Shown one piece after another: positions 51,990-63,666 of a stretch of DNA of 63,666 bases. The notes below the pieces were generated by a model that worked only from the letters and a program-made list of their open reading frames with translations, was not told the origin of the DNA and did no database searches. The position numbers and the translations under genes were made by a program. This DNA is from Octopus bimaculoides (Eukaryota): the NCBI RefSeq assembly GCF_001194135.2, contig NC_069002.1, forward strand, positions 22,919,044-22,982,709, given 5' to 3'. Every line of letters starts with the position of its first letter. Position 1 is the stretch's first letter.

Positions 51990-52356
51990 TGGCACTCCAT
52001 CGGTTACGACGATGAGGATTCCAGTTGATCCGATCAGTGGAACAGCCTGCTTGTGAAATTAACGTGCAAGTGGTTGAGCACTCCACAGACACGGGTACCC
52101 TTAATGTAGTTCTCAAGGGAGATTCAGCATGACACAGAGTGTGATAAGGTTGGCCCTTTGAAATACATGTACAACAGAAACAGGAAGAAAGAGTGAGAGA
52201 AAGTCATGGTGAAAGACTAGAGTAGGGTTCTCCACCACCCCCTGCCGGAACCTTGTGCAGCTTTAAGTGTTTTCGCTCAATGCCTGGTCTGGGAATTGAA
52301 ACTGCAATCCTATGACCGTGAGTTTGCTGTTCTCACCACTGGGCCATTGTGGCTCC
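51990..52356 (-). mobile_element. SINE with family E head and tail T
   Basis: Head matches 2411-2595; tail GTATTTCAAAGGGCC...GATCGGATCAACTGG..GTCGTAACCGATGGAGTGCC. Confidence 0.85.
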
Positions 52357-52361
52357 ACAAA

Positions 52362-52600
52362 GGAGCACTCCATCGGTTACGACGAGGAGGGTCCCAGCTG
52401 ATCCGATCAACGGAACAGCTCGCTCGTGAAATTAACGTGCAAGTGACTGAGCAATCCACAGACACGTGTACCCCTAACGTAGTTCTCAGGGAGATTCAGC
52501 GTGACACAGAGTGTGACAAGGCTGGTCCTTTGAAATACAGATACAACTCATTTTTGCCAGCTGAGTGGACTGGAGCGATATGAAATTAAGTGTCTTGCTC
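52362..52600 (-). mobile_element. 5'-truncated SINE with CORE-like module and tail T
   Basis: GAGCAAGACACTTAATTTCATATCGCTCCAGTCCACTCAGCTGGCAAAAATGAG followed by the same tail as 51990; CpGs retained. Confidence 0.85.
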
Positions 52601-52923
52601 TGCAACTATCAGATATGGATTTAGGATCTTGATTATTCCAAACCAACTGTGAGAAACTAAAAAGAAAATATGAGAAATCTAAAATAAAAAAAAAAGATGA
52701 AACCTGAACATAGTCATGTATTTCACGAAACACATGCAAACAGTAACCTGAAATTATACAGTTTGTGACACAGCTCCATGTTCATCAAAACTTACACTTT
52801 TGAAAACTATATAAATGTGAAACCAGTTAAGTGTATTAACTTTAATATAAATAGATTTTCATATATACTTTCTGTGCATTTATTTCTTCTGTACAACTAC
52901 TTGTAAGGATTAATAACTACACG

Positions 52924-52954
<31 letters not shown>

Positions 52955-53968
52955 TTTGCCCGATCATTGTGGGTTGCATGTGGTTTTTGAAAAACAAAAT
53001 GGATTTGGACTGAAAAAGGTTGAGAAGTGGTGCCCCAAACTTTTTATTAGAACACATATGGTCATGATTCTAAAAAGTGGTTCATACAGAAACATTTGGT
53101 TGCCATAGTAACCAAGCTGAGTGCCAGCTACATACAGGCTCTGTTGTTATTGGTTCAAAGAATGTCTTGGAGATGATTCCAACTCTAAACTGAACCAGCT
53201 GAACAATCGTTTTGAAGTCAATGCAGTGAGGTAAGCTCTGCATAGTGGTGGTACCTGCTAGAAGTGGTAACCAAACCTCCCTTGGTTCATCCCCTACTGT
53301 TTTATATAAGGGTAGGACCCTGGATATCATGTAAACACATGTACTGCTAAAGATTGGGATTGAATTACCTTAAATTCTGCTCTATCAGGATTGACCTGTG
53401 GCTAAACAACAAAACAACTATGAAGTTGTTTTGATGGATATTAGGAAGCTAGTGGAATAAGGTTTTGGTCAAATTATTTGGGCTAAATTAGTGTCTGTTT
53501 AAGAATATCCTTCCTGGTTTCACTGTGTCTTTGTTTCAATGTAATGCAGTCAGTAAAATATATGAAAGGAACAGTTTAACTGCTTTTATAGTAACTAACT
53601 TGAGGTCAGTCATACTAAAGTGTTTGTGACCCATCTGACCTATCTTGTACAAAAGCCCACATGAAGTTGCTTGTGATAAAGTGTCCATGTTTAATTAATG
53701 AAACCTTAAATAAAATCTCTTTATAACATGCCAACATGGAATATGGACATTAAATGATGAGGATGAAGATATATTGTTAACATTGTAAGAATTTATAAAC
53801 ATTTGAGAAAACATGGAATAATTCTGTTTTGGAATTAATTCTTGAAGTACATGTAAAGCTATAAAAAAATTTGGCATGTAAATATTACATTGAAAACCCT
53901 TCAGGATAGAAAAAGTCTTCAACTTTTTCTGTCCAAAAGAGTTCTTCAACCCAATATTTACCCTCTAT

Positions 53969-54595
53969 CTGGCACCGTGGGAAAGCGTCTTCTACTATAG
54001 CCTTGGGCTGACCAAAGCCTTGTGAGTGGATTTGGCAGACAGAAACTGAAAGAAGCCCATTGTGTATATATATATATATATATATATATNNNNNNNNNNN
54101 NNNNNNNNNNNNNNNNNNNNNNNNNNNNNNNNNNNNNNNNNNNNNNNNNNNNNNNNNNNNNNNNNNNNNNNNNNNNNNNNNNNNNNNNNNNNNNNNNNNN
54201 NNNNNNNNNNNNNNNNNNNNNNNNNNNNNNNNNNNNNNNNNNNNNNNNNNNNNNNNNNNNNNNNNNNNNNNNNNNNNNNNNNNNNNNNNNNNNNNNNNNN
54301 NNNNNNNNNNNNNNNNNNNNNNNNNNNNNNNNNNNNNNNNNNNNNNNNNNNNNNNNNNNNNNNNNNNNNNNNNNNNNNNNNNNNNNNNNNNNNNNNNNNN
54401 NNNNNNNNNNNNNNNNNNNNNNNNNNTGCTTGACAACCAATGCTGGTGTGTTTATGTCCCTGTAACTTAGTGGTTTGGCAAAAGAGCCCAATAGAATAAG
54501 TACTAGGCTTACAAAGAATAAGTCCTGGGGTCGATTTATTCGACTAAAGGTGGTGCTCCAGCATGGCCACAGTCAAATGACTGAAACAACTGAAA
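53969..54595 (+). mobile_element. SINE family B, 5'-truncated, spanning a (TA)n gap
   Basis: CCTTGGGCTGACCAAAGCCTTGTGAGTGGATTTGG before the gap; GCTTGACAACCAATGCTGG...GCTCCAGCATGGCCACAGTCAAATGACTGAAAC after it. Confidence 0.85.
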
Positions 54596-54817
54596 CAGTA
54601 AACGTAAAGTAAAAAACGTAAGGCATATATTGAGTGCACAAATGGATAGAAGACAAACACAGAAGGTCCCTAACTCTTCGTCAGCTGGTGCGAAACTGTG
54701 TAATACTATCTGGTCAAGAACTGATGAAGAATTAGGGACCTTCTGTGACTGTCTTCCATCCATATGTGCATTCAATATATGCTATATGTTTTTTACTTTT
54801 CGTTTGTGTATTTACTG
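54596..54817. mobile_element. Foldback MITE-like element (85-bp inverted arms)
   Basis: Arms 54600-54684/54721-54805 match at 74/85; 36-nt loop; ends CAGTAAA...TTTACTG with TA on the right and AA on the left (Tc1/pogo-like, inference). Confidence 0.6.
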
Positions 54818-54845
54818 TACAAGTGCAATGTACCCTGGCTTTTGG

Positions 54846-55032
54846 CACATAAAATGCACCATCCAAATGTGATCGGTGCAAGTGACCCCTGACTGGCTCC
54901 CGTACCAGTGGCACATAAAAAACACTATTGAAACGTGATCGATGCCAGGGCCACCTGACTGGCTTCTGCGCTGGTGGCACATAAAAGCACCCACCCATGC
55001 CAGCATGGAAAATGGACGTTAAACGATGATGA
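54846..55032 (+). mobile_element. SINE family C with internal tandem units and a deletion
   Basis: Reverse complement of the 660-810 units, ending CATGGAAAATGGACGTTAAACGATGATGAT. Confidence 0.8.
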
Positions 55033-55037
55033 TATAT

Positions 55038-55079
<42 letters not shown>

Positions 55080-55089
55080 TTATGTCGGT

Positions 55090-55250
55090 TAGGTGTCTGG
55101 AATGGGACGGCTTACCTCATGGGCAGGTAGAAGCTCTTTAACCTTGGTTGGTAATCTACCTAGGAGAAGGAAATCTCCGAAATAAAACCTGAGGCCTTGG
55201 AAATTCCTGGTTTTGTCAATTCTCTTGTCACACCGGTGAAAGTCTTCTTG
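55090..55250 (+). mobile_element. Possible RTE 5'UTR-derived fragment
   Basis: CCTTGGTTGGTAATCTACCTAGGAGAAGGAAATCTCCGAAATAAAACC resembles an RTE 5'UTR motif as I recall it. Confidence 0.3.
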
Positions 55251-55356
55251 GGCTAATAAGTGGGGGGTAGTGCAGTGCAAGCTACACCCACTAAAAATTA
55301 TTCATCTGCACAGGTACTTCCTGTACTCCAAATCTTAGTAAAATCATTCCTTTACA

Positions 55357-55393
<37 letters not shown>

Positions 55394-55411
55394 TTGTCTT
55401 TATGTCTGCAT

Positions 55412-55603
55412 TTGCCCCTCCCCACTTCGCAGCCATTGTTAGTGTGTTTACATCCTCATAACTAAGCAGTTCAGCAAAAGAAACTGACAGAATAAGTATT
55501 AGGCTTTAAAAAAAAAAAGGGATCAGTACCAAGGTTGATTCATTTAAGTAAAAATTCTTCAAGGTGGCCACAGTCTAATGACTGAAACAAGTAAAAGATA
55601 AAA
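55412..55603 (+). mobile_element. SINE family B 3' half
   Basis: Similar to 54428-54595. Confidence 0.7.
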
Positions 55604-55738
55604 TGATGTTAATAATTAATTGTAAGTTAATCAGTTTTGTGTTTGAGAATTTTGTGATGCAAAGTTTAGAAAGCTTGGCGTAAAACCCATGTTTAGAGGT
55701 AAGTGTACATAACAATATATTGACTCAAACCCAATAAT

Positions 55739-55953
55739 CCTTTCTACTGTAGGCACAGGGCCTGAAATTTTGGGGGAGGGGTCAAGTCGATTAAACCAAC
55801 CCCAGTACTCAACTGGTACTTAATTTATTGACCCTGAAAGGATGCAAGGCAAAGTCGGCCGTGGCAGAATTTGAACACAGAATGCAGCAGTAGATGAAAT
55901 ACCGCTAAGCATTCAACCTGGCATGCTAACGATTCTACTAGCTTGCCACCTTA
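55739..55953 (-). mobile_element. Full-length SINE family A with 17-bp target site duplication
   Basis: GACTCAAACCCAATAAT (55722-55738) and GACCGAAACCCAATAAT (55954-55970). Confidence 0.92.
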
Positions 55954-55989
55954 GACCGAAACCCAATAATGTTACTGGTTAATGAAGAG

Positions 55990-56122
55990 TGACAGAGTCA
56001 TTAGAGTAGAATGGGTAGAATGCTTCATAATATTTGTTGTGACTCCTTGTGTTTTGAGTTCAAATCCCACCAAGGTCAACTGTGCCTTTCATTTGTTTGG
56101 TGGTGGGGGTCAATAAAAAAAT
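55990..56122 (+). mobile_element. SINE family A, diverged 5' half
   Basis: GAGTTCAAATCCCACCAAGGTCAACTGTGCCTTTCAT. Confidence 0.65.
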
Positions 56123-56271
56123 AACAACCCAAATATGACACACCAGAGGAACTAAAAGAACATTGGGCATGAAGTAATACCTTGTGGTATTTGTTATGGC
56201 CCTTTGCATTCTAAGTTCAAATCCTGGTACAACTTACATGAGTGGCAGACTTAGCCCATCTGCTGGTTTAA

Positions 56272-56486
56272 CTCTTTAGCATTCAGATTACTCCGTCAAA
56301 TGTATTGCTTATTTATTGACATTGTTTTGAATTGACCAGGCATTATCTTCTGGCTTTGAGATTTTGATAATATGATTGTTTATGTTTAGAACGACATTGT
56401 AGTGTAGGTGTGAGTGTCCAGATCTGGCTAGTTTGAATATAAAACAGGTGGAATACTTGGATATGGCCAATTTAAATGCTAAAGGG
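56272..56486. mobile_element. piggyBac-like MITE (215 bp)
   Basis: TTAA-CTCTTTAGCATT ... AATGCTAAAGGG-TTAA: TTAA on both sides, TIR 11/12. Confidence 0.7.
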
Positions 56487-57571
56487 TTAACACCACCACT
56501 CAGCGCCTTGGGTGTTCTTAGCAGAGTCCATTCTGTTGCAAGCCTCCAGGCCCAAAGTTAGAGTTTAAACATACCTCATTCCCTCCTCTCTCCCTCCTGC
56601 CAATCTTCGAAACCCTATAAAGGGTCATGGAATCTGCAGTGCTTTGCTGCCTGAATAATTTAAAAAAATAAAAACTATCATAGTGATCCTGTAAAACTGG
56701 AGGAGGGAAAGAGTAAGAAGAAAATTCTTGAGGAATTGAAATCACAATATGGAGATATGTCATTAAAGATATTTATGGTCCAGTCTTTGGTGGTTTCTAA
56801 TAAATTGCCATGATCACTCACAGTGTTACAGCTCCTGTAATTAGGTGTAATTATCATTGGCAGCAGTTCATGTTTTGTTTATCTTCAGTTTTCCACTAAG
56901 ATATATATCCGTATATTCACACTCGCACACACAAAACATATTTCTATACATATATCTGTCCGTACGCTTATACACACATGCACATGCATGTGTAAATATA
57001 TACATCTATATATATGCATGTGTATGTATATATATATACACATACATATATACATACATACATATATATATGTGTGTGTGTGTGTGCGCAAAAAGAAAAG
57101 AGAATAATAAAGAAGTAATGAAAGGTAATCAGATGCCGCAATGAATACCGTAATCTCAAACACAGAAAATAGTCCAGAGAATTAACAAGCCGAGCAGAAC
57201 AATTCTTCATTAGAATGCCTAAGAGAGGAAACGGTATGAATAACGGACCAGATTTGCACATAGATAGATAAATAAATAATGCAAGTAGCCAGAAATATTC
57301 TCTATCGTCGCCCATGTAACCCACCACACCTTTTCATATTGATTGATCGATAATAAACACGTCGAAATTAAAGTCTCCGGCTTTTCTAAAGAAATCTCTG
57401 GAATCAGACGAGATTATGCAGGAACAAGAGTGGCCTTGTCAATAAAGCTTCACCGAAAGAAGATGCCACCAATATATACATGCACACACACATACATACA
57501 TACACACATACACAATTATTTTTATTTATGCATACATGCCTGTAATGTATATGTGTGTATGTATATATTTG

Positions 57572-57617
<46 letters not shown>

Positions 57618-58188
57618 NNNNNNNNNNNNNNNNNNNNNNNNNNNNNNNNNNNNNNNNNNNNNNNNNNNNNNNNNNNNNNNNNNNNNNNNNNNNNNNNNNN
57701 NNNNNNNNNNNNNNNNNNNNNNNNNNNNNNNNNNNNNNNNNNNNNNNNNNNNNNNNNNNNNNNNNNNNNNNNNNNNNNNNNNNNNNNNNNNNNNNNNNNN
57801 NNNNNNNNNNNNNNNNNNNNNNNNNNNNNNNNNNNNNNNNNNNNNNNNNNNNNNNNNNNNNNNNNNNNNNNNNNNNNNNNNNNNNNNNNNNNNNNNNNNN
57901 NNNNNNNNNNNNNNNNNNNNNNNNNNNNNNNNNNNNNNNNNNNNNNNNNNNNNNNNNNNNNNNNNNNNNNNNNNNNNNNNNNNNNNNNNNNNNNNNNNNN
58001 NNNNNNNNNNNNNNNNNNNNNNNNNNNNNNNNNNNNNNNNNNNNNTGTGCATAAGCACACACACATTTGTTCATACATAATATAATTTTCCATTAAGTCT
58101 AATATAAGAAGAATTCAAACACATCAGACTAACATAGCGAAGAGAACAAGTGGAATAACACACACACACACATTCCTCATTTACATGC

Positions 58189-58224
<36 letters not shown>

Positions 58225-60255
58225 GTAAGCAGTGGAGACATGAAGTTGTAATAAAGCCACAATCTAACAAACGTTAGTAATAACGTTGTTTGTGTTGTTG
58301 TTGATGTTATTGGTGGTGATGGTGGTGGAGGCAGCAGTAATGACGATGGTAGTGATGGTGGTGGTGGTGACGGGATGAAAAGGGTGGATGGAGAAGAAAG
58401 AAGAGGAAGAGATCATGTAATAAAAAAAGTCAACAAAACAAATTAATACATCATCTTATTAATAAAAGTTAATCAAGGTATGGATAAATTAACAGGATGA
58501 ATCTCTGCTCCCTTGAGTCTCTTCAATACAACCCCACCACCTCTACTACTGCCACTATTACGATCAATGCCATCATCGCCACCACCACCACCACCACCAC
58601 CATGACCACCACTTCAATAAAGAAACAGGCTAAAACTGTTATTTAGATTTGTTTACAACCATCATTATCACCACCACCATCATGAACACTACCATTTGGC
58701 CTTCCCTTCCTCCCATTCCTCTGTTCAACTTACTTTTCTCTGTGTGTGTGTGTGTGTGGTGGGGAGATGGAAAAGAAAAACCAGGGAAATGCTTGAATGA
58801 ACCAACATCTCCATTTTTCTTAATGTTTGTTCCAAGTTAGAAATTACTGTTTCTGCCACTGCTATCATCATCATCGCCGTCATCATCATCATGAAACTGT
58901 CTTATTGCTTTTTGAGCCCAGGTAAATCACCATTGGACCATCCTATAATCAAAGACTTTCCTGCCATGACCATTTCCACTTTTATCTGTGTTGGATCATA
59001 GTGTCTAATATGTCCTTGAGTGACATTTTGGCTGCTTTTTCTAGCAGGCTGAAGCTGAAGTTGAAAATGTAAACATTGGTGTATTCCACAGCCATGAGGT
59101 TAAAAGGGTCAAGTCCCTGACCACTGGCTGCCCACAAGCATTAAGCATGATAAGTTCAATCCTTAGGTACATTAGTTATCATGTTGTACCCTCAAAGTAG
59201 CATTCTGCATTTCATACACTATTTCATGTTACTCCACATTGAGATGCATTCTTGTGCAACCTTAGATGAAAATGCAATAAATTATGCAATCCAAAGAACT
59301 GTCTTATGTTTGGGGCTATGATATGTATAGATTTCTGATCAATTACTCTTAATTATTAATTGGTTTTAAAGTTGACAGCCCAACCTATCTGCAGCCAAGA
59401 AGATGTGTGCACACACTTTGTGTATCACCCTATTACCTGTTCATTTGGCTGTGTGACATGTTATATAATGCATCCTATAAAATCTAGTCAGCTTCCTCAT
59501 CATTCATTTCCTAAAGGCTGCATCTCATTCCCGTTTGCACTCAAATATCAAACTTCTAAATTGTCATATATCTCAGTTATAGGTTAAAGTCTCACATTTC
59601 CTTGTGTAGAAAGGACATGTGGAAGAAGACAATGATTCCAGTTGAATAAGGTTTTGGTTAAGTAAATATGTAACAAGGCTTGTAAGGACTTGCTGAACCA
59701 TATACTTCCTGGTTTTTATTAATTTCTCTTTATTTAACACATTCTAGACTTGTGTGAGTAGCCACTGTTAATTACAGGTGAGAAAGATATTAAACAAGCA
59801 GTTGAGTTATTAGTTCCACAGAACCATGTGATCTTTGAAGAAGCTGCACAGTTAGCATTTGTTATTTTGGAGTTGATGGATTGATTGTGCACCAGGCAAC
59901 AGATCTAGAGTCTAGAGGTTCTGCATTTCAGTGTGTGTGTGTGTGTGGTGGAGAGGAAGAAGAAGAAGAAGGGAAATGCATGAATGAACCATCCTCTTCA
60001 TTTGTCTTAATGTTAGTTCTTCGATAGAACACCAGGCAGCAAACCTAGAGTGTGTGGTTCATGTCTTACCTCGAGTACCGTGTTGTCCATAGTTAGCTGG
60101 AGTTAAAAATTTTTCAATTTATCCTGAAGTAACTCCATCTGACTGTAAATAGATACCTCTGGGAAGTAGGGTGAGGGTAACTCATTGTGGTGCTGAGTTC
60201 AAATCTTCTTGACTGTAGCCAGAAGCCAAGAAGTGGAGCTGAATCTCTTTGATAC

Positions 60256-60412
60256 CATCATCCTCATCAGTATTTAGTGTCTGCTTTCCATGCTGGAATG
60301 GGTTAGATGGTTTGACTGGAACTGTTAAGCTGGAGAGCTGCACCAAGTTCCAGTCTGTTTGGCATGGTTTCTATGGTTGGATGCCCTTCCTAACACCAAC
60401 CACTCCAAGAGT
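60256..60412 (-). mobile_element. SINE family C tail
   Basis: GGATGCCCTTCCTAACACCAACCACTCC motif and degenerate (CAT)n tail. Confidence 0.75.
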
Positions 60413-61551
60413 CTAATTGAATTAATCCCCTGTTAATAGATACATGTGATTGGGGTCAGTCTGACAACCAGGTAACTCAAGTATGGAGAAAAAAAAGAGT
60501 TATGTAGTCACTTGATCTGCTAGAAATAGCAGCCAAATTTCCCTTAAGTCATACCCTGTTTTCTCATAAAAAGTAAAGGATATTTTGGATAATATAGCCC
60601 TAGATACTCCTGAAGAGGCAGGAAAGTCATAAGTGGAAGACTTTTGATCATAGATTACTCAATCGTGTTTGACCGAGGGTTAAATGATGACGATATATGT
60701 ATAGAAATGAAGCACTGTGGCAGTTTTTCACTCTTCCATTTTCACAGCACCAGATAAAACGGTTTATAGATTTCCATATTCAAAGCACCAGAGAAGTTGG
60801 TTTTATTGTAAAATATATTTTATAGGTTTTTAGCTTTTGGGGGAAAGAAAAAAAAGCAAGGAAAACAAAACTAAACAAATCTGTCTTGGAGACAGCCACA
60901 TGCACATCTTTGTATTACTCGGAATTAAATTAGGCTTTCATAACTTATGAGGTGTCAAATAAGCAAAATCTTATTGAAGCATTTATCAGCATTTACCTAG
61001 AATTGATTTAATAAACTCTACCTAGTTTTCTTGTACTAAAACTGGTCATGTACCAAATTAAAATAAACCAGTTCTATTATAGGGTAGAAAAAACAAATTC
61101 TGTAGCAGAGAGAGAGAGGTGGGTTAAGAAACCAATTTAGATTCTGTCTGTTGGTGTTCATAAGGAAACAACATGCATCTCATACAATATAGTTTTTATA
61201 CTTGAAAATATATCTGGTGTGTTGTGTGACTGATTACCGATTTCAGAGACTGAACAGAACTATTGTCTGGGACATTCATTCATTTTATTGTTCACTTTTC
61301 CCTGCTGGAATGGTTTAGACAAATAAACACCGTCGAGACGTTGTTTCTATAGCGGGATGCTCATCCTGTCACTAACCCTTACCTGTTTTCTAAGGAAGGT
61401 AACTCAAATCTTTTGAAAACTATTTTAGAAAGTGCAGAGTTACTGAATAATTTGTTGCCAAGAGACAACAAACAGTGCTGTCTAGAACTCTGTGACATTT
61501 CCTTTGATGATTGCTTTATCCAAGAGCAGAATGTAAACATTCACATTGACC

Positions 61552-61768
61552 CATCATCATCACTTAATGTCTATTTTCCTTGCTGGCATGGGTTGAACAG
61601 TTTGACAGGAACCTTGCCAAAACAGACAACTGGAGCATGGTGCAGCTCTCTGGCTTGCAGAAAGCTGCACCAGGCTCCAGTTATCTGTTTTGGCAAGGTT
61701 TCTATGGCTTGATACCCTTCCTAATGCCAACTAATTTACAAAATGTACTGGGTGCTTTTTACATGGCA
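61552..61768 (-). mobile_element. SINE family C tail with an internal inverted duplication
   Basis: Family C sequence with a hairpin at 61610-61700. Confidence 0.75.
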
Positions 61769-62029
61769 AACATACAAACACATACATCAACGTTTTTAAC
61801 GTCCACTTTTCTCATGCTTGCAGTGGTCAAACAGAACCAAAGAGGTGGATTTTCTACGGTGATACGAATGGTTGAATTATGAGTCAAAAATTTTCACTTG
61901 GTTGTTTGTAGTTGGACTCTGTATGTTTGTTTTTATATGTGCACCTCTTGGAGTGTTTCATGTGTGACTGGTGCATGCTTCTGTGCATTACAGTGAATAT
62001 TTAAATATGTGCACATGTAAGATGTGTGT

Positions 62030-63170
62030 GTGTGTGTCTAATATATATATTATGTGTGTGTGTGTAATATATATATATATATGTCTGTGTGTGTGTGTGT
62101 GTGTAATATATATATGTGTGTGTGTGTAGTATGTATATGTGTGTGTCTAATATATATATTTATGTGTGTGTAATATATATATATGTCTGTGTGTACTCTT
62201 TACTCTTTTACTCTTTTACTTGTTTCAGTCATTTGACTGTGGCCATGCTGGAGCACCGCCTTTAGTCGAGAAAATCGACCCCAAGACTTATTCTTTTGTA
62301 AGCCTAGTACTTATTCTATCGGTCTCTTTTTGCCGAACCGCTAAGTTACGGGGACATAAACACACCAGCATCGGTTGTCAAGCGATGNNNNNNNNNNNNN
62401 NNNNNNNNNNNNNNNNNNNNNNNNNNNNNNNNNNNNNNNNNNNNNNNNNNNNNNNNNNNNNNNNNNNNNNNNNNNNNNNNNNNNNNNNNNNNNNNNNNNN
62501 NNNNNNNNNNNNNNNNNNNNNNNNNNNNNNNNNNNNNNNNNNNNNNNNNNNNNNNNNNNNNNNNNNNNNNNNNNNNNNNNNNNNNNNNNNNNNNNNNNNN
62601 NNNNNNNNNNNNNNNNNNNNNNNNNNNNNNNNNNNNNNNNNNNNNNNNNNNNNNNNNNNNNNNNNNNNNNNNNNNNNNNNNNNNNNNNNNNNNNNAATAT
62701 ATATATTTATGTGTATGTGTGTAATATATATGTGTGTGTGTGTAATATATATATGTCTCTGTGTACGTGTAATATATATATGTATGTGTGTGTAATGTAT
62801 CTATATGTATGTGTGTAATATATATATATTTATGTGTATGTAGGTAATATCTATATATTTATGTGGATGTGGGTAATATATATATATTTATGTGTATGTG
62901 GGTAATATATATATATGTGTATGTGTGTGTGTGTCTAATATATATATTTATGTGTGTGTGTGTGTAATATATATATATGTGTGTGTGTAATATCTATATA
63001 TGTGTGTGTGTGTGTAACATATATATATATATGTGCATGTAAAATATATATATGTGTGTATGCGTGTAATATATATGTGTGTGTGTGTGTGTAATATTTA
63101 TATGTGTGTGTGTGTGTAATATATATATTTATGTGTTTGTGTGTAGTATATATATATGTGTGTGTGGGGG
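62030..63170. repeat. Cryptic higher-order (GT)nAA(TA)nTTTA repeat, interrupted by a SINE and a gap
   Basis: Recurring GTGTAATATATATATTTATGTGT units of about 24-30 bp. Confidence 0.8.
62194..62387 (-). mobile_element. Young SINE family B 3' half
   Basis: CpG-intact copy with (GTAAAAGA)n tail; runs into a gap. Confidence 0.9.
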
Positions 63171-63605
63171 GGGAGGGAATAAAAAATTTGCGTGTGAACG
63201 GAAGGCAGTACTATAAATTCTTCTTTTGGAAATTCTTCCGAAATATTGCTGACGTTGGATCACTTATGAAACCACACTGTCTCCATTTCTATCTTCTCTT
63301 TGGATTACCAGCTTCTGGTTGGATAAATATCAACCTGGATACTGCTACCATAAAATCACAGGAAAGGATTAATGGCATATTTACTGAGATCTAGGAAGAT
63401 ACGCAGGCACACACCCACATAAATACACTCATGCATGCATACATACATAAATACATACATACATAAATACATACACACATTTGCACATGTGCACACATAT
63501 ATGTATATATATATAATTGCACAGATATATATATGTATATATGTATATACATACAGGCATATATTGTATTATGTATATATATATATATACACACAGAGGC
63601 ATATG

Positions 63606-63666
<61 letters not shown>

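Noticed and set aside
54685-54730. GAAAC and CTGATGA 24 nt apart, the same spacing as in the 2035-2070 candidate
   Set aside because: No stem I or stem II forms in any strand order, and CTGATGA is sequestered in the foldback arm. The equal spacing is treated as chance.

Overview
AT-rich, microsatellite-dense animal genomic DNA with 14 assembly gaps. The repeat families and the receptor suggest an octopus or other cephalopod (inference, no search run). One protein-coding gene is supported: an uninterrupted 554-aa aminergic class A GPCR at 41609-43273 (-), octopamine/tyramine-receptor-like, with a probable upstream non-coding exon. Most other ORFs in the track are microsatellite or gap artefacts. 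The rest is tRNA-derived SINEs from several modular families, decayed RTE and RLE-type (R4/Dong-like) LINEs, MITEs (hAT-, piggyBac- and Tc1/pogo-like), a Helentron/HINE-like element and minisatellites. The most interesting signal is a set of hammerhead-ribozyme motifs. One near-intact type I hammerhead sits in a Penelope-like inverted/tandem terminal repeat (2904-3255), three are decayed type I copies, and one candidate at 2014-2075 has its three core strands in a non-circularly permuted order. Repeat-family labels A, B, C, E, F and G are my own working names; repeat boundaries are approximate.
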